From an uncultured Fibrobacterota bacterium (GTDB taxonomy: Bacteria; Fibrobacterota; Chitinivibrionia; Chitinivibrionales; FEN-1185): a stretch of 64,000 bases of DNA. Both the position numbers and the translations under genes were made by a program. The DNA lies in assembly GCA_963729895.1 (NCBI GenBank), contig CAVSQB010000018.1:78074-142073 (forward strand), in the 5' to 3' direction. Positions within the stretch are counted from its first letter, which is position 1. The number at the start of each line of letters is the position of its first letter. Below are positions 10,866 through 19,469 of this stretch, one piece after another. The notes beneath the pieces are model-generated. The model did no database searches, had not been told where the DNA came from, and worked only from the letters and a program-made list of their open reading frames with translations.

Positions 10866-11528
10866 CTATCTGTTTGAACGTGTCACCGCTTTTTCGACAG
10901 TGGACCTCGGAACAAACCAAACAATCCTGACATACTTCTTTGAAATAAAATCCTTAAAAGCCCCTTTTAATTTTCCTCTTTGACAAAGGTATCTCACGTG
11001 ATCCCTACTGATTCTTAGAGCCAGCGCCGTCTCATAGACTGACAAAAAAGGAGACTGATTTCCAAGTGAAAAAGCGTTGTGGTAATTACGGGCAAGGGAG
11101 AGAATATTGCCGTTTGATTTGCGCCATAAAATACGATGATGAAGGACTGTCCCATAGGCAAGTCCGCTGATTTTACAAAAATCTTCCAACTCACGGCATG
11201 AGAGATCGCGAGTACGAAGCAATATTGGAACCCAACGGTCCACGTCCTCTTGTTGGGACGGATTTAGTGTTTTGTAAATTCGATCATTATTGAATTTTAT
11301 CAAATCATCTTCACGGAAAGACTGATTTCCCGACGCTTGAAAATACTCCTCAAGACCAGGAATAAAGAAACCCGTCGCACGTATCCGGCATTTGCCGCGC
11401 TTTCCTGGAACGCGCTCCACAGGAAGAAACCCGCGACGCATCAAATCAGCCACAGTCTCCCGCTTAAGAAGGGTGAGCGCCGAGAACAAAGCTGGAGACA
11501 CCCATAACTTGTTCTTTTCTTCTTCCAT
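10866..11528 (-). CDS. Multi-HTH DNA-binding protein resembling the transposase N-terminus, with a C-terminal excisionase-like HTH; no DDE domain
   Basis: RBS AGAAAGG before ATG 11528; VDRWVPILL..DLS..L..F..HHRI aligns with transposase VDKYLPVLQ..GLT..L..F..HARI; C-terminal LSVYETALALRISRDHVRYLCQRGKL. Confidence 0.65.
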   Translation of the reverse strand: MEEEKNKLWVSPALFSALTLLKRETVADLMRRGFLPVERVPGKRGKCRIRATGFFIPGLEEYFQASGNQSFREDDLIKFNNDRIYKTLNPSQQEDVDRWVPILLRTRDLSCRELEDFCKISGLAYGTVLHHRILWRKSNGNILSLARNYHNAFSLGNQSPFLSVYETALALRISRDHVRYLCQRGKLKGAFKDFISKKYVRIVWFVPRSTVEKAVTRSNR

Positions 11529-11682
11529 ACCAGACACCTTTCTGCGTTCACGGTACCGGAGCGGCTGCCGTGAACAAACCTTCTTATCGTTTTTGCTGCT
11601 TGTGAAGAACATTTCCTCTCGAATTGAAGCAGCGCCGGGAAGGCCCGGCGCTGTAGAAAACAGTGTCCAGTTGCGCGCGAAA

Positions 11683-12363
11683 CTACTGCGCGCCTGCCGG
11701 CACCTTTGACCCAAACGGGTGAAGCCATCTCTCTGTCGCGTATTGAAACTTCTCCGCACTCCAAAAATACAACTCCTCGTTTTCTTTGTGCCCAGAGCAC
11801 GTTTCGTCGCGGTAGATTCCTCCCTGCACAAACCTTGGAATCATTTGCAACGCGCCAGTCTCCGCAACGCATTCTGCAAACGAATATGGCCGCGACATCC
11901 CCATTGAAATACGCTTCTTAATCAACCGTTCCACGATCCCCCCGAGAATCGCGGCCTGCTCGTTGTATTCATCCATGATAGCAAACATCTGCAAGGTCGC
12001 CAGCTCGTCGTTTTTCTCCTTGACGTAGGGAGCGACCTTTTCCATCTCCTCTGTCTTTTCAATCAGGAGAGCGTTCATTCCCGCCGCCTTATCTCCGGCC
12101 GCGTCAAGTTCGCGCTGGAGCTTCTCAACCTGTTTCTCGACTGTAGCGGTGTTTTCCCCGAGGGCCGTGAGGCGCTGGCGCTCGCGCTTTGAACTTTCAA
12201 GAGCCGTTGTCAACTCGGAAACCTTTGCCTCGACGCCGGGCAGCTCATTTTTCAGCCTGCCAATTTCCTGCGCAAGCTTCTGCGCTTTGCTCTCTGCGGC
12301 CTTGACCTCCTCGGCGAACTTGGCGGCCGAGGCCATTGTGTCCCCGAACTTTAATTCTTTCAT
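11683..12363 (-). CDS. Coiled-coil hypothetical protein (226 aa)
   Basis: Strong RBS (AAAGGAAAGGAAG); E/K/A/L-rich heptad pattern over the first ~150 aa. Confidence 0.7.
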   Translation of the reverse strand: MKELKFGDTMASAAKFAEEVKAAESKAQKLAQEIGRLKNELPGVEAKVSELTTALESSKRERQRLTALGENTATVEKQVEKLQRELDAAGDKAAGMNALLIEKTEEMEKVAPYVKEKNDELATLQMFAIMDEYNEQAAILGGIVERLIKKRISMGMSRPYSFAECVAETGALQMIPRFVQGGIYRDETCSGHKENEELYFWSAEKFQYATERWLHPFGSKVPAGAQ

Positions 12364-12415
12364 AGACAGCTTCCTTTCCTTTGTGGAATGTTTTAAAGCC
12401 TTCCATTCGGCGTTA

Positions 12416-12784
12416 TTATGACACCTCAGTCACAGACGGAATACCTGAGAGTAGTCTCTCCAGCGCAGCCTTTTCGGCGTCGTTCGCGGGGGAGTAAAAG
12501 GGGCCTTCCGAGAACTTGATTCCCGCCGCACGTCGATTTCCTTCAACCAGGGCGTCCCCGGTTTTTTTGTCCCCCGTCGACCTGACAAGGGCTCTCATTT
12601 TCTCAATGTCCCATTCTCCCGCGTCGTTAAGTTTTTTGATTCCTGCGAGGAGGGCCGGACCGTTGTTGTATAGATGTAATACCTCGAAGAGGAGCTTTTG
12701 GAACTGGTCACTATCAACTTGGGTCCATGACGGCCCTTTAACGACTTCCTTGCTCTTTTGTGCGTTTCTGCGCTCATTGTTCAT
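12416..12784 (-). CDS. Hypothetical protein (122 aa)
   Basis: Start overlaps the Mor-like stop (ATGA); GGAG upstream; same strand as the operon. Confidence 0.65.
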   Translation of the reverse strand: MNNERRNAQKSKEVVKGPSWTQVDSDQFQKLLFEVLHLYNNGPALLAGIKKLNDAGEWDIEKMRALVRSTGDKKTGDALVEGNRRAAGIKFSEGPFYSPANDAEKAALERLLSGIPSVTEVS

Positions 12785-13140
12785 TGGTGCTTTTCTCCAT
12801 CTTTAAAAGGTGTTTGACGAGGCGGTACCGCGCCTTTATTCTTGCGCCGCGCGTCCTCATGCTCCACGATTTCATAGACATGACGTAGCGAAACATTACA
12901 GGCGCGGGCAAGGGCTTTCGCGTTTGAACCGTTAAACCTGTCAACGATAAACCTCTCTGCGACCTTGTACGTTGCTCGCTTCGGGACAATTATGTTCATG
13001 CCCGCGCATTGTTTCACAAGAGCAACGGCGACATCGTTTCCGCATGAAGCCGAAACGTCCGCAAGATCGTTGTTCGGCATTTCGGCGGCCGTCATTCCGG
13101 CGACCGCCGTCTCGAATTCCGCTTTCAGGTTGTCGCTCAC
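12781..13140 (-). CDS. Mor/C-family transcription activator
   Basis: G...AVALVKQCAGMNIIVPK...FNGSNAKALARACNVSLRHVYEIV matches the Mor-family pattern; GTG start after AGGGGAC. Confidence 0.85.
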   Translation of the reverse strand: MSDNLKAEFETAVAGMTAAEMPNNDLADVSASCGNDVAVALVKQCAGMNIIVPKRATYKVAERFIVDRFNGSNAKALARACNVSLRHVYEIVEHEDARRKNKGAVPPRQTPFKDGEKHQ

Positions 13141-13164
13141 GTCCCCTTTTCCCTTTCGTTGAGC

Positions 13165-13186
13165 AAAAGCCCTCAAAGTGGAGGGC
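13165..13186 (-). terminator. Probable intrinsic terminator after the baseplate gene
   Basis: Minus strand GCCCTC-CACTTT-GAGGGC-TTTT. Confidence 0.55.
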
Positions 13187-13198
13187 CTGTTTTCGTCA

Positions 13199-14311
13199 TC
13201 AAACCTCTGTAACCGTAATGTCGCTTTCATCCGCCCAAAAATGCCGGTAAGTCGGCGGATTCCCCGCAGGATCGCAGGTGACAATTCCTACCGGAGAGGT
13301 GCAATCGCCACCAAGGAGCCCGTTGTTAAATGAAATTTGTGCGAACTGCGTCGGGTCCAGCACAACGCCAATTCCAAGACTCTGGATGTAGGCGCAGACG
13401 GCGGCCGAGAAGGCGTCCTCTGTTGCCTGTAGTGTCCCGGCGGGAACGGTAAGCGATATGGGTTCAATCAACTTTGCCGCTGCGCTGACCGAAAGATCGT
13501 ACCCCATTATTTGACAAAGGCTCTCCGCGTCGGAAGAGACCGCAGCAATGAGCGCCGCGCTCGGTTCGTTTTCCATCCAGCTGCAAGGGCTGTCCGAAGT
13601 GATGGCAACGTCTATCGTTCCCAGGCCACGCGGATTGGCGGCGCAGAAGACAAGGTTCACGCGCTCAACATAGGAGGTCGGATTCCATTCGCGCCACGTT
13701 ACGTTATTGTCAACCACTAAACTGCCGGGTTCAACCGTCCACGCCGGGGCAAGGGCGCCCGAAGTTCCTCCTACGGTGCAAATATATAAATGCCCGTTGG
13801 AAGTGGAAGGGGACATTGACGGAGAGGCGTAAATTGGAACCGGAACGTTGCACAGGAGGGCTGCTGAATTCCGCGTATAGCCATTGCTGTAGCCAATGAT
13901 TGCCTTGTTACCGCCTGGGATAAGGGGCATGCAGACTTGTCCCGCGACGTAAACGGTCTGCGGCTGCCATGCTTGCCAATTCGAAACGCTCACCGCATTT
14001 GCCCATCTCTTGAAGTCCTGTGTGATATCGCGCGGTCTTCGAAGAATGGATAGAAAACGGTTGAAGAAGTCGCTTGCAGATTCTCCTGGTGCAGGAGCGA
14101 TTCCGAATCGTGCAGCGTAGCTGGCGAGCCCTTGTCCTGCGCTTCCAATGTCCGACACGTATTGTTGCATGTTGTAAAGCCCGAAAAGGGCCAATTCCTG
14201 ACTTGCAATGGCTTGGTATCGAGGCGATCCCGGCGCAACACTGATGCTCGGATGCACACTCGAATAGTCCGCGCAAGCGCTCGCGACCAGTGCGTTGAGG
14301 GTCAAAGCCAT
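13199..14311 (-). CDS. Baseplate J / Mu gp47-like wedge protein, internally shortened, with a CBM5/12-like insert
   Basis: PGS..Y, L..YAARFGI, GES...F..R....LRRP....DFKRWA, PRGLGTIDV, PSAALIAAV and AYIQSLGIG motifs; RBS GAAGGAG. Confidence 0.75.
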   Translation of the reverse strand: MALTLNALVASACADYSSVHPSISVAPGSPRYQAIASQELALFGLYNMQQYVSDIGSAGQGLASYAARFGIAPAPGESASDFFNRFLSILRRPRDITQDFKRWANAVSVSNWQAWQPQTVYVAGQVCMPLIPGGNKAIIGYSNGYTRNSAALLCNVPVPIYASPSMSPSTSNGHLYICTVGGTSGALAPAWTVEPGSLVVDNNVTWREWNPTSYVERVNLVFCAANPRGLGTIDVAITSDSPCSWMENEPSAALIAAVSSDAESLCQIMGYDLSVSAAAKLIEPISLTVPAGTLQATEDAFSAAVCAYIQSLGIGVVLDPTQFAQISFNNGLLGGDCTSPVGIVTCDPAGNPPTYRHFWADESDITVTEV

Positions 14312-14378
14312 GTTCTCTCCTTCGTCCAGTCTTAGGCTCGTCTGTCTACGGTCATTGCACGAAGCTCCCGCGCCCGCG

Positions 14379-14513
14379 TCACCACTGTTCGAGAAGCGCC
14401 TCGGCCGCGAAGTCCTTTTTTGCCTCGACAAGCACGGCCACCGAGTGACAAATCACCGCCTCCAGGATCGCGCAGTCCGGCCCAAATGGGTTTTTCTTGA
14501 TTTCAGGGTCCAT
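14379..14513 (-). CDS. 44-aa hypothetical protein (below the ORF-track cutoff)
   Basis: RBS GAGGAAA; MDPEIKKNPFGPDCAILEAVICHSVAVLVEAKKDFAAEALLEQW; fills the gap between the two baseplate genes. Confidence 0.5.
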   Translation of the reverse strand: MDPEIKKNPFGPDCAILEAVICHSVAVLVEAKKDFAAEALLEQW

Positions 14514-14525
14514 TCTATTTTCCTC

Positions 14526-15149
14526 CTATGCGTTTACAAACAGCCAATCGCATTTTGGCGAGCCCTGGTCGGAAAAAGCCGCCTGCAGGTTCGCGTCGGA
14601 CTCGACGCCGGTGCCGGTCACGCGCACCGTGAACATTGAGGTGCCGGGATCGTTGAAATACACGGGGTCGCCCACCTTGCCGACTCCCACCCGGAACGGC
14701 CGGAAGAGGCCGTCCTCAATCAAAATCCACTTCGGCTGCGTATTGTCCGTCGAGTACCCGAGGGCCTGCGCAATTGAATAGAATTGCGCTCTGCAAAGCC
14801 TGGTGCCTGTGGCTTGCACGGTCTTCACGCCGCCGCTGTCGCTTGCAGGGATTGTCGGCGTGAGGCCCGCGCGAATCTTCGCAACAACAACGCCCGCGCG
14901 CTGTTGATCGGTCATGCCCGGGTCTGGCGTGATTCCGTAGACGCGTTCCCAATCCGCAAGCGACCCGAGAACGGGATCAGAGGTCGCCGTGTCGGGAAAC
15001 AACTCCTTGTGAAGACGCGTAGCTTGATCCTCCGCGCGATCCAGCGCGAGGCCCTCGATGTCGAGGTCCGCGTCGAGGTCGCCGCCGAGAGGAAGCGGAA
15101 AGAGCTGCTTCAAAACGCCGTAGTGTCTGCTCTGCGGAACGTACCCCAT
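14526..15149 (-). CDS. Mu gp48 / YmfQ (DUF2313)-like baseplate wedge protein
   Basis: LKQLFP, ELFPDTAT...LADWERVYGI...QQR..VVAK, FYSIAQALGY and RPFRVG...GD motifs. Confidence 0.8.
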   Translation of the reverse strand: MGYVPQSRHYGVLKQLFPLPLGGDLDADLDIEGLALDRAEDQATRLHKELFPDTATSDPVLGSLADWERVYGITPDPGMTDQQRAGVVVAKIRAGLTPTIPASDSGGVKTVQATGTRLCRAQFYSIAQALGYSTDNTQPKWILIEDGLFRPFRVGVGKVGDPVYFNDPGTSMFTVRVTGTGVESDANLQAAFSDQGSPKCDWLFVNA

Positions 15150-15500
15150 TGCTTGCCTTTCGTTACCGGCCCGCAGGCCGGTTGATTTCATCCAAACAGG
15201 TGCCCAAAACGGCCCCTTTTTCGCTACTTTCTTTCAAAACCCGGCTTTTGCCGGTCACCCGACCCTTCCAGCTCGTTCAAACCCCGTTTAATCGTGTTCA
15301 ATTTCAACGATCTCAATTTTTGCGCCCCTTTGCTCGCCGGAGGTCGAGATCGTCGATTCTAAGGCCGTTTATCGCGTTCCAGCGCCGGTCGATTTTGAAG
15401 GAATCGGCCGCTGTCCGGATTCGCGGACCTATTTTTCTCAAAAAGGGCTGACTTTTAAACATTATTGAAGATTCCTTAAATCGAGCGTTATACCGACCGT

Positions 15501-15755
15501 TCAATCGAGATTGCCGGACGCGGTCCTCGTCAAACTTACCCTTGCGCCGTCCATCTTTGGCTTTAACGCCTTGTCCACCGAAAGCAAGAAGCGCTGCCAC
15601 TGATAATGGAGACCATTTCCGACCGTATGGTCATGGTCGTTACACAGGTCCACTGCACTATCTATGCATGCGTCCATAATGTAGAAATCCTCAAGGAGTT
15701 CGTCTATATCGGAAATCGTGTTCGGGTCTCTGTGCGCTGTTTTTCCTTTACTCAT
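15501..15755 (-). CDS. Small acidic helical hypothetical protein (84 aa)
   Basis: RBS AGAGGGGG before ATG 15755; same strand as its neighbours. Confidence 0.55.
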   Translation of the reverse strand: MSKGKTAHRDPNTISDIDELLEDFYIMDACIDSAVDLCNDHDHTVGNGLHYQWQRFLLSVDKALKPKMDGARVSLTRTASGNLD

Positions 15756-15815
15756 GATATTCCCCCTCTGAAAAGGTGACTCGATAACAGTGCTTCCGCC
15801 GCCGTGAGACAATTC

Positions 15816-16088
15816 CTACACTCCCACGCAAAACAGGCTTATCCCCGGATCAGCGTCGAGCGCGGCCGAGGCCACCTTGTGAAGCGTCGAACCGTTGCCA
15901 TAGAAGACCGCCGAGTCCGTTGCCCCAAAGACCTGGTGCGTATTGCCGCGTGCCACTTCGCCGCCTTCTCCCATCTGCGCCGCCACAATCACGGAGCGCT
16001 CGTTAAGCGCTCCCGAGTCGTACGCGTCCCGCACGGCCGCGGCCAGGGCGTCGAGGATAACCTGATTTCCCGTCTTCGGTTTCGACAT
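15816..16088 (-). CDS. 90-aa protein resembling the N-terminal segment of the Mu-type contractile tail sheath (gpL)
   Basis: RBS GGAGGGGG; SVIVAAQ...QVFGATDSAVFYGNGSTLHKVASAALDADPGISLFCVGV resembles the recalled sheath pattern RVL..GQ...V.S...A...FG.GS.L..M..A...N....LW.I. Confidence 0.6.
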   Translation of the reverse strand: MSKPKTGNQVILDALAAAVRDAYDSGALNERSVIVAAQMGEGGEVARGNTHQVFGATDSAVFYGNGSTLHKVASAALDADPGISLFCVGV

Positions 16089-16114
16089 TTCCCCCTCCAA
16101 TTTGTTAAGGTTTT

Positions 16115-16365
16115 AGAAACGGACGGGCAGCTCGCCCGGCCTGTTACCGCCGCTGCTGTCACGCTCGTGCATGCAGCAGACCGCCCGCCGTTGATGTTCG
16201 ATAAAAAACCGCCCCGACACGAGGGCGCGGAAGCACCTCATGGATTTTGGTGTCGGGTCCTTTCGGAACCCGAAAACGCCTTGCGCCGGAGCGGGTACAA
16301 GGCCGCGAACGGCTAATACGCGGCCGATTCCCGGACGCGGGGGCCAAATCCCGGCCGTCCCTGTT
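16115..16365 (-). ncRNA. Candidate structured regulatory RNA region (multi-hairpin, C4/CI-like cloverleaf)
   Basis: At least six adjacent stem-loops in a ~300-bp gap with no credible ORF. Confidence 0.4.
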
Positions 16366-16399
16366 TAAAAGCTGGTTGAATCATAAATAAATCCACTCT

Positions 16400-17305
16400 T
16401 TACGAAAGCAACACATCCGCCGCGCGCCGCACGACCTGGCGCGAAATCTCCATGTTGTTCAAGTCTGCAATATGCCTTGACATCCGGCACAACTTCGAGA
16501 GCCGCCGGGCGTTCTCGTTGCACAGTTTCCAGTATTCCGGCCAGAGATCGCCCGCCGAAGGTACGGCCGCGCGCACGAGTTTCTCGGCGTCTGACTGGCA
16601 AATATTGTCAACCCGGATCGCCAGGCCAACGCGGGAATACAATTGGGAGTGTTCGCCGCGACGGCCCCGCAGCGTTTCAATGAGGCGAGGCATGCCAATA
16701 AGCACAACGCAAATACCCGCGAGGTCATGGAGGCGACGCGCCAAACCCAACACTTTTACGCTTACATTTTCCGCTTCGTCAAGAATGCAAATTCTGTCGG
16801 AACCCTTCAGCCGCTTCACCGCATTGTCAAAGAGATCGTAGAGAGGCATATTGACGGAGAGGCCGAGCACGGCATTGATCTTGCGAAATACGTGACTCGG
16901 GCTGTATCCTGAGGCGGCTTCAATCAACAGGGCATTTTTGTTGACATTTGCAAAGATGTGTGTCGAACACGTTTTTCCAATTCCGCTCTCGCCATATACA
17001 ACAATAATGTCGCGCTGCGCAGCACCGAGGGAGATTGCCTCACAGATCCTTTTGGTGACTGTGGTTTCCACAAGTTCTTCGGAAACGTCCGCCGTTCCCT
17101 TTTCCGCGCGTACTTTCGCTATGCCCGCGAGAATCCGTTCGCCGAGTTTCGGCAAGCTTCCGACTGCCTTATAATCAAGGACCGTGTGGACCTCGGCCGG
17201 AGACAAGCCGAGCAGCTCCCCGGCCTTCTGCTCGGATATGCCTTTCGCTTTTGCAAAGCTGCGAAGCTCAAAAAGGACGCGGGAAGAGTAAGAGGTCTTT
17301 TTCAT
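16400..17305 (-). CDS. MuB-like AAA+ transposition ATPase with N-terminal HTH
   Basis: Walker A GESGIGKT, Walker B ILDEAE, RLHD..G..VVLIG.P.L and QLYSRVG; directly follows the transposase. Confidence 0.9.
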   Translation of the reverse strand: MKKTSYSSRVLFELRSFAKAKGISEQKAGELLGLSPAEVHTVLDYKAVGSLPKLGERILAGIAKVRAEKGTADVSEELVETTVTKRICEAISLGAAQRDIIVVYGESGIGKTCSTHIFANVNKNALLIEAASGYSPSHVFRKINAVLGLSVNMPLYDLFDNAVKRLKGSDRICILDEAENVSVKVLGLARRLHDLAGICVVLIGMPRLIETLRGRRGEHSQLYSRVGLAIRVDNICQSDAEKLVRAAVPSAGDLWPEYWKLCNENARRLSKLCRMSRHIADLNNMEISRQVVRRAADVLLS

Positions 17306-17308
17306 GGG

Positions 17309-19417
17309 TTAGCCCGCCCGCTTTTGTTCTTTGTCGGATTCAAGAATAGGAAGTTGACGCTCCACACCGTTTTCCCGGTTCCAGATTTCGCGATTGTGTG
17401 GGTCCTGGAGCCAAATTTCCTGATCGGTATCGGTCAAAAAGTACGGGATTTCCTCGCGTCCCTTCGGGGGAACGAGGTGGCTAATGTCGAAGGTTCCCCG
17501 TTCATCGAGGAACTTCTTTTCCTTGACAATCCGGTCATATTTAGAATTGGGCAAGCGGTGAATCTTTGGATTTGCTTCGACCGCACCGCCCGAAGTTTCT
17601 TGCGTTGCGAGCTTCATTCTGGAAACGTGGTCGGCAATGCTTGTGGAGTGTGCGGAATTGGCAAACGCTTTTGTGATTCTGAGGTCTTTGCGTTTTGCGG
17701 CAAGTGCGCTTCGAAGCTGTGCGATGTCTGCCGGACCATCCACAAACGCTTTCGCGGTGAGTTGCCCCTCATGGGCGATGCAAATAAACTCTTCAGTAAC
17801 GGCATCAAAAATCCATGCAATTCCAAGATTTTTTTGGTCGCGCCTCATGTAGACTTTTTTTCCCTTCATGCCCGAAAAGGCTTCCGCCCAATAGTGCAGG
17901 CCATACTTGCTGTCCGTCAATCCGTTCCGGCCGATTTTCACGTCACCGCTTTCCCTCATGCAAAACAATGAAACTGCCTCAGGGTGTGCTTCGCGCTTGA
18001 CAAGGAATTCCTCGGCCATTACTTGGTTCGGAGATTTGCCTTTATGATTTTTTCCATGCACAACTCTATTGTTAAAGCTCTCCTCAATAAAAGTGTTGAA
18101 TAGCGGCTCGAATTCCGAAAAGGAAAGAATTGCACCCGATTTAGTCTCTTCGGCGAGCTTTTCAGGGCGCTCAGTTATGTTCGACCCTCGGTATCCAACG
18201 CAGAATTTGCAGAACATATTGATGAGGGACCGAAAGTCTCTTTCGATGGGCTTTGCCTGGGCATTGAAAACGGTTGCAAAATGCACATTGACACCGAGAA
18301 GAGAAAGCGTGGTCCGCCGCTTCTGGTCATCCTCGTTTCCCTCAACCTTGACCGCGCGCGATCTCCCTCCCGCAAAATCCCGGCAACGGTAGTCGCGACC
18401 ATTGTCTATAAGAATTCTCTTTGGCAGTCCGTACTTTAGAACTGCCAAATAGAATGTGTAAAAAATATGATCGCTGTTCGGATCGGTGCAGTGTAGGAGC
18501 CAAGATAGCCATTTGCCGCTTTTATAGTCGCGCCATACCGTGAGCCACGGAAAACACGGCTTTCCGGTTTCTGGATTGATTACCGCAACGTCGAGTTGAT
18601 GATGATCGCTCACCCATACATCTCCAGCCCTTATATTCGAGTCGTCCCGCTCGACGTAACTTGCAAATTTGCGGTTCCATTTTTTGTGCCCATGACGTGC
18701 GAGATACAGCGCTTGTTCTGGTATTTCCCGCTTCAACCGTTTGTCAAAGGCGGCGCTACAAGGAAAATTTGCCACGTCCATACCTTGCTGCTTCGCAAAC
18801 CCGAGAACATTGAGACGGCAGGCATCAACCGACGGGCCGCATTCTACCAAGTAAAGCCTCTTGAATTCCTCAAAAAGATTATCCGGCACAATTGACACCC
18901 CGGCGCGTTTTCCATACTTCGCAAGCAACCCCGCCACGCCTTCTGCCGCATGGTGGATTCGCGCGTGGCGTAGAGCCGAGAAGCTTGTTTTTTTTTCCGG
19001 GTGCGCCTTGTTCCATGTTTCAATAAAGGCACATAGGGTATTTCCGGTCAGTCCTTCACTCGCTTGCAAAACGGGCAGATATTTATCGACTGGTTTCCGC
19101 GCCCACGCCGGAGCGGCCACGTACGCCTTTGTGTCGGCTTCGCGGTCTTCGTCTGTGGCGCTGTCAGCGTTGGGAGCCGCTGGGCCGGACGCCCTTGTCA
19201 AAGGAAGCGGAGCGTCCCTTGGAATGAGTGACTCGTAGTATTTTTTCTGAGCTTCAGGAGGGAGGGAATCGACGAAAACGAAGCGCGTCTCGCCTCCGTT
19301 GTCGGGCCTCAATTCAAATGCGAATTCGCCTTTAGTAAGCCTCTGATTCATCCAGCGTTTAGAAATTCCCAACAACGCTGAGGCTTGGAGGGCGGAGACA
19401 TAGTGGCGTGAATGCAT
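17309..19417 (-). CDS. MuA-like DDE transposase (702 aa)
   Basis: WVSDHHQLD, IDNGRDY and AKPIER supply D-D-E; N-terminal HTH; RBS AAGGAAG before ATG 19417. Confidence 0.92.
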   Translation of the reverse strand: MHSRHYVSALQASALLGISKRWMNQRLTKGEFAFELRPDNGGETRFVFVDSLPPEAQKKYYESLIPRDAPLPLTRASGPAAPNADSATDEDREADTKAYVAAPAWARKPVDKYLPVLQASEGLTGNTLCAFIETWNKAHPEKKTSFSALRHARIHHAAEGVAGLLAKYGKRAGVSIVPDNLFEEFKRLYLVECGPSVDACRLNVLGFAKQQGMDVANFPCSAAFDKRLKREIPEQALYLARHGHKKWNRKFASYVERDDSNIRAGDVWVSDHHQLDVAVINPETGKPCFPWLTVWRDYKSGKWLSWLLHCTDPNSDHIFYTFYLAVLKYGLPKRILIDNGRDYRCRDFAGGRSRAVKVEGNEDDQKRRTTLSLLGVNVHFATVFNAQAKPIERDFRSLINMFCKFCVGYRGSNITERPEKLAEETKSGAILSFSEFEPLFNTFIEESFNNRVVHGKNHKGKSPNQVMAEEFLVKREAHPEAVSLFCMRESGDVKIGRNGLTDSKYGLHYWAEAFSGMKGKKVYMRRDQKNLGIAWIFDAVTEEFICIAHEGQLTAKAFVDGPADIAQLRSALAAKRKDLRITKAFANSAHSTSIADHVSRMKLATQETSGGAVEANPKIHRLPNSKYDRIVKEKKFLDERGTFDISHLVPPKGREEIPYFLTDTDQEIWLQDPHNREIWNRENGVERQLPILESDKEQKRAG

Positions 19418-19469
19418 CGAGTCTTCCTTGGGGCGACGAGGAAACGGACACCTATGGCGTTTGTGAAAC

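Noticed and set aside
15313..15600. 95-aa minus-strand ORF
   Set aside because: Overlaps the better-supported 15501-15755 ORF and has no motif; the interval more likely holds a promoter region.
16400..19417. Tn7-like or CRISPR-associated transposon (TnsB/TnsC)
   Set aside because: No TnsA, TniQ/TnsD, cas gene or array is visible; the neighbours (Ner-like, Mor, baseplate) point to a Mu lineage.
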